Of a stretch of DNA of 32,000 nt, positions 9,801 to 14,965 are shown one piece after another. Every line of letters starts with the position of its first letter. The first letter of the stretch is position 1. Source of the DNA: Synechocystis sp. PCC 6803 substr. PCC-P. Lineage in GTDB: Bacteria; Cyanobacteriota; Cyanobacteriia; Cyanobacteriales; Microcystaceae. Where the stretch lies: positions 1,170,001-1,202,000 of the forward strand of contig NC_017039.1 in assembly GCF_000284455.1 (NCBI RefSeq), given 5' to 3'. The notes beneath the pieces are model-generated. The model was not told where the DNA came from, did no database searches, and worked only from the letters and a program-made list of their open reading frames with translations. The translations under genes were made by a program, and so were the position numbers.

Positions 9801-9876
9801 GTCATCAGACGTTTTCGCCGCTGGCTCTCTCCAAGCCCTAGAGCAACAGTTAATTTTTGCCGTAGATGTTAACTGA
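826..9876 (+). CDS. Giant (3016 aa) multidomain extracellular/adhesin-like protein: BNR propeller, Calx-beta, FG-GAP (integrin-alpha-like) propellers, RTX Ca-binding repeats, PMP-type beta-helix, Gly-rich region, Trp-rich C-terminal repeats
   Basis: Single uninterrupted 9051-nt ORF in the track. Every ORF in the other frames or on the other strand across it is short. Domain motifs are listed in the sub-features below. The N-terminus MAASTQTPAIAVDSNG has no classical signal peptide. Confidence 0.95.
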   Translation: MAASTQTPAIAVDSNGFTHLVWNQNNVIYHAYYDPSVGRWRESAPIANSVSAKELKITTGVRSQGEETGSSVEGIFISWIEGEGNNSDIHGASGILNSLGQYNWGQTFKLTDDAVSDENMRLQTTADGNLLLITEKIDLDDPQADRDLYSQVIDLRNRETLHNTLTQVKPLNPSNFIAPNASPTLALGDGDIQVPGTFLITKENKKEYQLPLSFFNGKLEFKNALALGGGINFTNLINSGDPGLSAFLQLQDELSGALSFGKNKVSLKGRLQGKLQLDFLLNGDGNTFSASDALRLRGEYERNLLPGKTTYDIGFSVGGVPISLLDAEVQLGLLFDLAFTLKQKWSTDFDLTPQALVTGGSTLAETQTENTTVEYWYSLVRADGTPAQPGDDPSQLYWLINSDQAADNLLAPPPGLEAPSPAELALIPGVENTGLLSFGTGLSGKLKLALLGFTAFDFESKLEILANFEVFPNVGFDSLEETLALGLNLFGKKWSTTLKVEQNFDNPSLIAENLSTTLNADDLLVGINPDFIQGSTAIYAGNPLDGTSVGSNLTDDTSPSILVASDGNLYATWVKNTHNESLSQVLLAKSTDGGNTWSNPLVIPNSAGMNFNPVIGTTVTGQLLVVWSNASPDIFNPDGSVNRPEFVESLAASTLFYSTSNDNGATWSDAIPINPDIKTPQALTLTQLANGALLLSWVVADTLIPDTGLYTNGGDTKNDVLYSSFWNGTSWSNAQIVASGDLRLLETPVSATVGGEATIFWTEVNPAADDGISIFYSSYNQQFAQWTPAVLFAPDLSNLTTFQTVAEAIEISNSISNQTVNSAFDQPTHNSVVAESDLRLVIPHNNSQGSSQLQVSPIRVKETDGEAVLLVRRTGNIQEAVSFNYRTVDGSATAGADYVAQAGTLTFAPGEVFKEIRIAILDDDITERRAEKFRVVITSDHEGAHLRLDGLRLGNTRLELVATVTTIEDEPTSLSEIDSGFILNADPLAQAGMAIAPGGDINSDGTDDFLVGAPAKNGGNGAVYVVYGNPTIGIRDQGLSLDSLDGTNGVIIQGASQSLLGTAMATADLDSDGLSDLVLGAPQNSVQNSAGKVYILRGSNVEGQSTIDLSTASSLVLESNQAGNAAGFKTAIADVTGDGLADVIISAPAINTIYVVFGSAIKNALNSNTPSLNLDNLGSDGFLLNTGIGQIGTGLGVADINGDGVFDLLLGAPQANPVDYSGSEDADSKPLAYGGQVYVAFGGTGLNGSLNLGQLNGSNGLILNGQAFYNQSNLGGGTPSDPNLQPDFTIADNAGTNVVNAGDINNDGFDDFIISAANSAANGINGLGRAYVVFGKASGWNSAINLQNLDGTNGFIINGIYDTTQNLGGNAGYWISAVGDINNDFFDDFIISAPTLGTNGPNSATGQSYLILGTSQWANFLNQGVLELSDVNTLNSRVFLFNNPNSGTQLGLGLGSIGDVNGDGSPDMAIATPQIYPGVETSQIYVAYGHPWVGAGGSIDVTKLRSDNGFVFQPVTKNEIGTVQLGADINNDGYVDTLIADAGFNGAGGKIVYLFFGSDPAQPSTFVDSVAITIASNDGLILGQQTLDYGDFNNDGITDFVVSRSGALGQSYATIILGSEDSSIWSSINPDTGIDINNLLASNGGVNITVPNVPNQGALVNLASGDFNGDGIDDVLLSSANLNPVIVFGKETWSSGVTSNVNVLNESLPIQIEAGKPITAVNSLGDVNGDGYEDFGLIGIDEVNENLYGYVIFGKNNLASNSSLNLATLNGSNGFKLTSPSISSISEQGGVGSISLAGDLNGDGFGDFIVGLTNDLNFGKNGAAYVVFGGRNLGSSGSFNLSNLNGGNGFTIQQAPGSEDLVGYSIAGGGDINGDGYDDLLVSAPSAGVGNPDGTNNGDTEGTIYTLFGSSILGVGGTVDLSNLNGSNGFETVGAQAYSFAGSFVGGLSDVNGDGYADLGIGAQGDNSQGVSGLAYNVFGGDFTQNVTYVGTIDNDIFSATSLATSSAPHIMNGGQGNDILQSAGVNVSAGGRVVMNGGQGNDLLSIGSLNFERLDGGSGKDILQLNSYILSSNNLDLTDTTIGSRIRGIEVIDLGINNRVTLNVETLTALSDTTNTFTVLGHNSFIVASDFQNWTKSGTVTEQGVTYDQYINKGTKLLIQQSNNLFESTAVSSVAVYGTENGETLVPGIFPGFVGKDNIIFALGGDDLVDLSLAQGNNQVYGGPGNDRLIAGQNDSLFGGLGNDILDTSGDRGTNNLNGGDGDDTFFLGQGDKAFGNDGNDRFFMRGSGRNLISGGAGADHFWIADIDFTNSFNAILDFELGIDTIGLKGLASRQDDLKLIQYGTDVLIALGDEYLARVTGVLRPFLEVVSDGIDLFVQGAQDVSPIVVSNTNDSGAGSLRQAIIDAGANASPDTIDMTGIAAGTIILNSPLPTLNNRNDITFVTLGAFGTPTIKFNNPSAFNNIFTLEGVAVNLSYMNLQNGYAKGGDGVSGGGGGAGAGGALTILQGSTVIIDNVSFDSNRAVGGNGTAGARGGGGEIFGTPDDRPSAGGGGGNFNASGNANNGGAAGSVGDDKAGGTGGTGGTGGFGIGGGGGGGGGGSSSGSPFDFTPRNGGSGGPGGAGGFGAGGGAGGGGGGSSGQNPGDDKRGGFGGSGGSGGGNPIGGNGSVGSQGGAGNTVEGGSPGNGGSGGGGAGLGGALFINQATVTITNSQFSGNTTQGGTGGNSGQALGGAIFITDNSFVTGAGLTFSNNSAPSSPGGSFSNAYGQFQNNNDVYGTIDSLSNASTNLFLVPPLTPEVQNEISVVAKDNLFFVQLPDGSEVSLLYEDQPFVSGSFGNWQILEAETINGVNNVLWQNPDIDEIGVWNADSNWNWISSETWPTNSFNTLEAEINFQIDLNGDELLGDRLTNIESKGNTSFLEGIFGNYYVQTGDDLTAPIKYLGEVFENNFGDWQGLAAETVNGINQVLWQNLETSEIGVWSTDSNWNWLSSDVFAAGSLQALEQQLIFAVDVN
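2470..3200 (+). other. BNR/Asp-box sialidase-like beta-propeller segment of the giant protein
   Basis: Two canonical S-x-D-x-G-x-T-W boxes: STDGGNTW (nt 2593-2616) and SNDNGATW (nt 2803-2826). These are flanked by strand-like W motifs (LYATWV, LVVWSN, LLLSWVV, TIFWTE). Boundaries are approximate. Confidence 0.6.
3388..3645 (+). other. Calx-beta domain of the giant protein
   Basis: VSPIRVKETDGEAVLLVRRTGNIQEAVSFNYRTVDGSATAGADYVAQAGTLTFAPGEVFKEIRIAILDDDITERRAEKFRVVIT matches the classic Calx-beta pattern (T.dGtA.ag.DY....g.l.F.pGe..k.i.i.i.dD...E..E.F). Confidence 0.75.
3790..6725 (+). repeat. Array of 14 FG-GAP (integrin-alpha-type) repeats
   Basis: There are 14 Ca-loop motifs of the form D-x-[ND]-x-D-G-x-x-D, each followed by a hydrophobic strand: GDINSDGTDDFLVGAP, ADLDSDGLSDLVLGAP, ADVTGDGLADVIISAP, ADINGDGVFDLLLGAP, GDINNDGFDDFIISAA, GDINNDFFDDFIISAP, GDVNGDGSPDMAIATP, ADINNDGYVDTLIADA, GDFNNDGITDFVVSRS, GDFNGDGIDDVLLSSA, GDVNGDGYEDFGLIGI, GDLNGDGFGDFIVGLT, GDINGDGYDDLLVSAP, SDVNGDGYADLGIGAQ. 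Many are followed by (A)YVVFG and LNGSNGF motifs. Confidence 0.8.
6859..7740 (+). repeat. Two blocks of hemolysin-type (RTX) Ca-binding nonapeptide repeats
   Basis: Block 1 (about 6859-7020): GGQGNDIL, GGQGNDLL, GGSGKDIL. Block 2 (about 7432-7740): GGDDLVDL, GGPGNDRL, GGLGNDIL, GGDGDDTF, GNDGNDRF, GGAGADHF. These fit the GGxGxDxL/F consensus. Confidence 0.7.
7990..9100 (+). other. Parallel beta-helix-like region with PMP-type repeats (GGA[LI]..FxxN) and an N-terminal GSLRQAI motif
   Basis: NDSGAGSLRQAIIDA (CSLREA-like motif) is followed by GGALTILQGSTVIIDNVSFDSN, GGALFINQATVTITNSQFSGN and GGAIFITDNSFVTGAGLTFSNN. The assignment is from memory of the polymorphic-membrane-protein repeat pattern. 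Confidence 0.5.
8280..8920 (+). repeat. Glycine-rich low-complexity region (GGY codon runs, 9-nt tandem GGAACTGGG x3 at 8563-8589)
   Basis: The translation is dominated by G: ..GGTGGTGGTGGFGIGGGGGGGGGGSSSG..GGSGGPGGAGGFGAGGGAGGGGGGSSG... The DNA shows ggaactggg ggaactggg ggaactgga followed by a cggtggcggtggcggtggtggcggtggcggt run at 8601-8630. Confidence 0.9.
9274..9873 (+). repeat. C-terminal tandem Trp-rich repeat, 2 copies, period 342 nt (114 aa)
   Basis: GNWQILEAETINGVNNVLWQNPDIDEIGVWNADSNWNWISSE (starts nt 9343) aligns with GDWQGLAAETVNGINQVLWQNLETSEIGVWSTDSNWNWLSSD (starts nt 9685). Confidence 0.85.
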
Positions 9877-10014
9877 GTTATTAAAGCTTCCGGGAAGAGG
9901 TGATCAACTGACAAACTCATCACTTTCTGAAGCCGAGGAGCTCTGCGACCCCGAGTCCTTTTTAGGTAATCATGGACGACCTTCGGCATTATTCACATTT
10001 ACCACGGCAAGACC

Positions 10015-10134
10015 TTAATATGGTGCGAGTCCCCCGCCTTGAGCGCCCTGGGCAAGCCCCTTCAAAAAGTCGTTTATCGCCAGAAGGGAACTGGCCCCTG
10101 CCAAAGCGAAAAAATTTCTCCGTGAATGTTTCAT
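10015..10134 (-). pseudogene. 5' stub of the DctP-type binding-protein gene (right copy of the duplication)
   Basis: The ATG at 10134-10132 reads MKHSRRNFFALAGASSLLAI, matching the first ~19 codons of the gene at 1-442. It then diverges (NDFLKGLAQGAQGGGLAPY) and stops after 39 codons. Confidence 0.75.
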
Positions 10135-10511
10135 AACTGATATTCCCCATCATTTAGCTCTGAATTATAAAGTCTAATTTTCAATCAAAGCTGACCTCAA
10201 TCACATTTTTGCCAAAGCTTTGATAGGCATCGCCCATTCCTTTCGCCATGGTGTCGTTGGGAAAAACGTGAAACTCGCCAGATTGTAGTGCAGCAATAAT
10301 AGCTTCCGCCACTAGGGTGGGGGATTCGGCAATATCAGCCCGGCCAGAAGCATGGGTCATTTCGGTGGCGATGGGGCCAGGATGGACGCTCTGAACCAGA
10401 GTGCCTTGTCCAGCCAGAACTTCCCGCAATGCCTGGGTAATGGAATAGGCTGCGGCTTTGGAAGCAGAATAAGTAGCAACATTGCAGAATGACTTGAGGG
10501 AAACTACTGAG
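10076..10511. repeat. Right copy of the diverged direct duplication (includes the intact SDR 3' region)
   Basis: See the left copy at 384-590. The offset is 9692 nt for the first block. Confidence 0.85.
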
Positions 10512-10927
10512 TTGAGTTGCACAAAAGCTCCCCCTCCATTGGCTTTGAGCACTGGAGCAAAGGCTTGGGCCATGGAGATCAACCCATACACATTGGTCTC
10601 CATTTCAAATTTCAAGCAGGCGATCGCCTCTTCGGCCAGGGGATTTGCAACTTTTTGCACCCCGGCATTATTGACCACAATTTCCACATCTGTGGCGGTT
10701 TGGGCAGCGGCGGCAATGGATTCTGGGTCTGCTAGATCGATCAAAATAGGGACTATTTTATTGCCATATTTGTCCACTAAGAAAGCGGCGCTTTCCAACT
10801 TTCTGACGGCGGCGTACACTTTTGCGGCCCCATGCTCCAAAAAAGACTCCACCAGTACTTTGCCTATCCCCCGATTGGCACCAGTAACCAGAACTGTTTT
10901 GTTGCTAATATCGATGGCCATGGGCAT
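10181..10927 (-). CDS. Short-chain dehydrogenase/reductase (SDR) family oxidoreductase
   Basis: 248-aa ORF with [12 protein letters not shown] (TGxxxGxG Rossmann motif), VVNNAGV (NNAG) and YSASKAA (catalytic YxxxK). Confidence 0.9.
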   Translation of the reverse strand: MPMAIDISNKTVLVTGANRGIGKVLVESFLEHGAAKVYAAVRKLESAAFLVDKYGNKIVPILIDLADPESIAAAAQTATDVEIVVNNAGVQKVANPLAEEAIACLKFEMETNVYGLISMAQAFAPVLKANGGGAFVQLNSVVSLKSFCNVATYSASKAAAYSITQALREVLAGQGTLVQSVHPGPIATEMTHASGRADIAESPTLVAEAIIAALQSGEFHVFPNDTMAKGMGDAYQSFGKNVIEVSFD

Positions 10928-11318
10928 GTCTCCGGGAATATCAGTTAAAACATTACAACGATTAGCCTAATTAAGTCCCCAAAATTTAGATACGTTTCGT
11001 AAACTAAGTACAAATTATGTAAGTGGAGTTAGATTTTGGTTTAAAATTGCCTGGAGTATCTGCCAAAACATAAGTTCAAGCTGGCGATCGCCATTGGGCA
11101 ATGGGTTCTAATAGGTTCTAGCCAAAGCAAGAAATTTTTCATTTAAGCAACTCAATTAGTGATACAGATCGTTGAATTGCCAAAAAATAAGTATGATTAA
11201 TCTTAATGATTAGATTCCCGTCGTAGTTTACCCTGTTGCGGCGGCACAAAATCAATTTTTTAAAAGTCTTAACTATGAGTAAAATTAGGATTATTTCACT
11301 AACTAGAGGCAAATTTCT

Positions 11319-11864
11319 GTGAAAGTGAGCAAACGTTTTTTCCAGCCTTGTTTAGTGTTGGGGATTTCCCTTGGTTTATCTTTAGCCCTTGTTCCTGACG
11401 CCCTAGCCCTAAAAACCTATTATCAATTGCCCATAAGCCTAGCAGTAGAAGCGGCCATGGAAGCGGTCAATACCTGTCAACAGGATGGTTATAACGTCAC
11501 CGCCACGGTGGTCAATCGAGAAGGTTTAGTACAAGCTGTAATTCGGGGAGATGACGCCACCCCCCACACCATCGAAAATAGTTTTTATAAAGCCTTTACT
11601 TTGATTACCCTGGGCCCCATCACTGGGCAAGATTCCACTGGGGCGATCGCCCAAAAGATGACCCCAGCTCCTTTGCCTGTGGGTTCTGTGCCCTTGGCTC
11701 CCAATCCTATTACTGGTCTTAGTTTTAGCACCGGCGGCTCAGCCATTAAAGTGGGAGACCAATTAGTGGCGGCGATCGGCGTTTCTGGTTCACCCAATGG
11801 TAATTTAGACCAAACCTGTGGTCTGAAAGGTATTGAAAAAATTAAATCCCGTTTAGTGCCTTAA
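11319..11864 (+). CDS. Exported GlcG/HbpS-like (DUF336) protein, paralogue 1
   Basis: GTG start with AGAGG 10 nt upstream. Signal peptide MKVSKRFFQPCLVLGISLGLSLALVPDALA. Family-like core: VTATVVNREG..IRGD...H.....KA.T and AAIGVSGSPNGNLDQTCG. About 40% identical by eye to the ORF at 14966-15493. Confidence 0.75.
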   Translation: MKVSKRFFQPCLVLGISLGLSLALVPDALALKTYYQLPISLAVEAAMEAVNTCQQDGYNVTATVVNREGLVQAVIRGDDATPHTIENSFYKAFTLITLGPITGQDSTGAIAQKMTPAPLPVGSVPLAPNPITGLSFSTGGSAIKVGDQLVAAIGVSGSPNGNLDQTCGLKGIEKIKSRLVP

Positions 11865-11970
11865 ACTTTTACCCTTGTCCATGGTTGGTAACCCTTAAGC
11901 TTTTTTTACGGAAGACGATCAAGCGAAATATAAAGAAAAGTATCTCACTAAAGCCATCGAAATATTTTCC

Positions 11971-12840
11971 ATGAAACAGGTTAATTTTTTAGCTGGATTT
12001 TTGTCTAATTCCCTTATTACTTTAGTTATTATCTTTGTTGTCACTGTTGCCACCGTTACCACCTTACAAACAGCTAAAGCCGTTGCAACTTTAGATAATC
12101 AAAATATCTATACACCATCGGCGAGCAATATTCGAGGCATTCAGGAACGAATTGTTTATGATTTTCCCGATACGGGTTTGAAATTAACCATGCCCAGATT
12201 TCTTAAAGATCCTGTGGCTTTCGAAACTCCAGGCAAAGACGTATTAATTATGTTGAGAACACCGGCTGATACCTGTGGCTTGTATCAAATGGCGGAGGCT
12301 ATCTTAACCCCTAATGCTGGTCCGCCGCCCCATTTTCATTACGCTTCCGATGAGTGGTTTTTTTCTACGGAACCATCCCAAGTTCGGCTTTATAGTTCTC
12401 AGGAATTTCAGGCCCCGTTACAAGTCGGTCAAATTCCTGGGATTAATGTTGACCCCATTAAAGTTGGTTCCGTTCTCGAAGATCAAGGGGAAATAATTTT
12501 TTCTCCTAGGGGGATGGTGCATTATTTTCGTAATGAAACTCCGGGGAAAGCGGAAGTCCGGGGTTTTTATAATGTTTGGGCTCCTGGCTATGGCATTTCC
12601 GAACGATTTGAAGGAATTGATAACCTTGATGGATCCAACAGCAACCAGTCCATCCCCTTGGCACAGAAAGAGTTTTTACAAACAGCCCTTTGGGGAATTC
12701 CCCACGATATCACCGGCGGCTTTGTGGGAACTAAGGATTATTACAATGAGCGGGGTTCTGTTTTTATTCATCCCGATAACATCGAGGAACTCCAAGCCCT
12801 GTTCGACCAGGGGGAAGCTTGCTATCCCAATGAAGGATAA
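11971..12840 (+). CDS. Exported cupin-domain protein, paralogue 1 (divergent)
   Basis: N-terminal hydrophobic signal/anchor (..LITLVIIFVVTVATVTTLQTAKA). Cupin motif 1 is GPPPHFHYASDEWFF and motif 2 is GMVHYFRN. It shares the Cys pair (TCG...ACY) with the paralogues at 18334-19140 and 19365-20168. Confidence 0.75.
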   Translation: MKQVNFLAGFLSNSLITLVIIFVVTVATVTTLQTAKAVATLDNQNIYTPSASNIRGIQERIVYDFPDTGLKLTMPRFLKDPVAFETPGKDVLIMLRTPADTCGLYQMAEAILTPNAGPPPHFHYASDEWFFSTEPSQVRLYSSQEFQAPLQVGQIPGINVDPIKVGSVLEDQGEIIFSPRGMVHYFRNETPGKAEVRGFYNVWAPGYGISERFEGIDNLDGSNSNQSIPLAQKEFLQTALWGIPHDITGGFVGTKDYYNERGSVFIHPDNIEELQALFDQGEACYPNEG

Positions 12841-12919
12841 ATTGAATTTAATCTCTACATAATTAGACTTTTTTTCAAAAAAATATTTCAGTTTTTATTC
12901 TCAATTCAGGATTTTTTAA

Positions 12920-13900
12920 ATGCGTATTTTTCCTGTATTTTTACTAACTTTCAGCCTTTTTTTAATCAAGGAAGAAATAGTTACAGCAGAAGTTAAAGTT
13001 TCTGCGCCGGTGGTTAATCAATCTGGCATTAAGCTAAATCTTGAGCGACAATTTACGGGGTCTGATGTGGCTATTAACCGTATCCATTTTAGTCCCGACG
13101 GACAATTTTTACTAACGGCGGCCGCAGATGGCGTGGGCACTTTATGGACTAAAGAAGGGGAAATGCTGGGGCAACTACAGGGTCAAAAGCCCCCCATGTT
13201 CAATGCTCGTCTTTCCCCCGATCGCCAAATTTTAATCACCACTGGCTATGACGGTACCATTCGCTTGTGGAATTTGCAGGGGGAGCTACTGGAGGAACAA
13301 CAGCCCCATCGAGCAGCGGTGGCCGATGCCATATTTAGTCCCGACAGTCAAATTATTGTCACCTGTTCTGATGATGGCCAAACTAAAATTTTTACCCGCC
13401 AAGGTCAAGAAATAGCTAGTGTTTTAAAATCAGGTACAGCTCGAAATTTGGCGTACCATCCCCAGGGACTTTTAATTGCTAGTGTTTCCGATAGCGGTTC
13501 CCTCCATTTAATTAATCCCAACGGCAAAATTGAACGGGAAATTTCCACAGGCCAAGGGCGAATTAATAATGTTAACTTTAGTCCGAATGGTGAACAATTA
13601 TTAACTTCAGGCATTAATGGTTCTGCCAAGTTATGGAATTTAGCAGGGGAATTAATCCATGAATATAAAGTTGTGCCCACCGGTTGGGTTAACAGTGCCC
13701 AGTTCTATCCTAAAGGTGAATGGCTAGCCACCGCCAGTGACGACGGTACGATTAGATTTTGGCAAAAAGATGGTCAATTAATTTATGAATTACCGTTGGT
13801 TAATGCCCGCTTAACTAGCTTGAGTTTTTCTCCCGATGGCAAGCAGTTAGCGGCCACCAGCAGTCAGGGACAGGTTTGGGTTTTTAATTTATCTTATTAA
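12920..13900 (+). CDS. Exported WD40 (seven-bladed beta-propeller) protein, paralogue 1
   Basis: Signal peptide MRIFPVFLLTFSLFLIKEEIVTA. There are seven ~41-aa repeats with the F/Y-SPDG...D-G-T-x-x-LW pattern (IHFSPDGQ..GTLW, RLSPDRQ..IRLW, IFSPDSQ..TKIF, AYHPQG..LHLI, NFSPNGE..AKLW, QFYPKGE..IRFW, SFSPDGK..VWVF). Confidence 0.85.
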   Translation: MRIFPVFLLTFSLFLIKEEIVTAEVKVSAPVVNQSGIKLNLERQFTGSDVAINRIHFSPDGQFLLTAAADGVGTLWTKEGEMLGQLQGQKPPMFNARLSPDRQILITTGYDGTIRLWNLQGELLEEQQPHRAAVADAIFSPDSQIIVTCSDDGQTKIFTRQGQEIASVLKSGTARNLAYHPQGLLIASVSDSGSLHLINPNGKIEREISTGQGRINNVNFSPNGEQLLTSGINGSAKLWNLAGELIHEYKVVPTGWVNSAQFYPKGEWLATASDDGTIRFWQKDGQLIYELPLVNARLTSLSFSPDGKQLAATSSQGQVWVFNLSY

Positions 13901-13914
13901 GGATTAATAGCAAG

Positions 13915-14919
13915 ATGAAACATAAATTTCTAGTTAGTTTTTTACTGGGATTAACCATTAGTTTCGCGGGCGCCCAGGTTATTGCTAAAACGCCCTCGGT
14001 TAATAACGCCCCTGTAGCGCGGAGTGTAAACCAATCCCCCATTCAGCTAGAAGTTATTAAAAGTTACCAGGGTCATACGCTCAAAGGGGAAGCAATTATT
14101 CAAATTCATTACAGTCAAGATGGCAATTATTTGCTCTCTACTGCCACCGATGGTTTGGCTAAACTTTGGACAGCGGATGGAGAATTGGTGCGGGAATTTG
14201 CTGGTAAGCCTGTAGCTATGATTTTTAACGGTGCCTTTAGCAGGGACGGGAAAGCCATTATTACCGCTGGCTACAACGGTGTTGCCCGTATTTGGGATGT
14301 GCAGGGCAATGTATTGGGGGAAATTCTAGGCCACACTTCTGCTGTTACCGATGTAGTTTTCTTGAGTGATGATATGGGGGTAGTCACCAGTTCCGATGAC
14401 GGCACTATTGAAGGTTGGTCAAACATTAAAGAACCACTGTTTACTGTAACTCGTCCTGGGGTGAGTCGTAATATGGACTTTAATGCCCAGACAAACTTGA
14501 TTGCTGTCACCCAAGATATTGGCGAAATTACGTTACTAAATCCCGCTGGAAAAGTTGTAAGAATTATCGAAACCGATCAAGGTCGCCTCAATGATGTCGA
14601 TTTTAGTCAAGATGGTAAGTTGTTAGTTACAGCTGGTTTTGATGGCACAGCTCGGGTGTTTAATCTTGATGGCCAAGAAATATTAAAAATTGATGTGCTT
14701 GATGATGGGTGGGTTACTGGGGTTGCCATCAACCAAGACAATTTAATTGCCACCGTTTCCGACGATGGCATTTTAAGAGTGTGGAATTTACAGGGACAAT
14801 TATTGGGGCAATATAACCCCAATTTAGAAAGATTGGGCAGTGTATCTTTCCATCCCAACGGCAAAAATTTGGCGATCGCCGCTTACCACGGCACCATTAT
14901 TTTGCTGGAGTTGCAATAA
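13915..14919 (+). CDS. Exported WD40 (seven-bladed beta-propeller) protein, paralogue 2
   Basis: Starts 14 nt after the previous gene. Signal peptide MKHKFLVSFLLGLTISFAGAQVIA. WD-like repeats include IHYSQDGN..AKLW, AFSRDGK..ARIW, VFLSDD..IEGW, DFSQDGK..ARVF, ..LRVW and SFHPNGK. Confidence 0.85.
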   Translation: MKHKFLVSFLLGLTISFAGAQVIAKTPSVNNAPVARSVNQSPIQLEVIKSYQGHTLKGEAIIQIHYSQDGNYLLSTATDGLAKLWTADGELVREFAGKPVAMIFNGAFSRDGKAIITAGYNGVARIWDVQGNVLGEILGHTSAVTDVVFLSDDMGVVTSSDDGTIEGWSNIKEPLFTVTRPGVSRNMDFNAQTNLIAVTQDIGEITLLNPAGKVVRIIETDQGRLNDVDFSQDGKLLVTAGFDGTARVFNLDGQEILKIDVLDDGWVTGVAINQDNLIATVSDDGILRVWNLQGQLLGQYNPNLERLGSVSFHPNGKNLAIAAYHGTIILLELQ

Positions 14920-14965
14920 ATAGGAAGAAGACTGATATTTTTGCCCGATTCTTAACTATTTTCAC

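Noticed and set aside
9621-9989. 122-aa minus-strand ORF overlapping the 3' end of the giant gene
   Set aside because: About 70% of it is antisense to the Trp-rich repeat. It has no motifs and no plausible ribosome-binding context, so it is likely spurious.
10482-10970. Plus-strand ORFs 10482-10970 and 10517-10735
   Set aside because: They are antisense to the SDR gene, which has unambiguous Rossmann and YxxxK motifs.
11865-11925. Possible hairpin TTACC..GGTAA followed by a T-run after GlcG-1
   Set aside because: The stem is only 5 bp and is separated from the T-run by about 10 nt. That is not enough to call an intrinsic terminator.
12314-12862. ORFs 12314-12496 and 12533-12862 overlapping cupin-1 in other frames. 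Similar nested ORFs lie inside the WD40 genes, glgX (25049-25453, 25083-25442, 26213-26584, 26771-26980), the AGE-family gene, the DJ-1 gene and icfG.
   Set aside because: All are nested in longer ORFs that carry clear family motifs. None has motifs of its own.
14920-14965. Expected bidirectional terminator between the convergent WD40-2 and GlcG-2 genes
   Set aside because: Only a weak aagaa...ttctt pairing is visible. There is no convincing GC-rich stem followed by a U-run on either strand.
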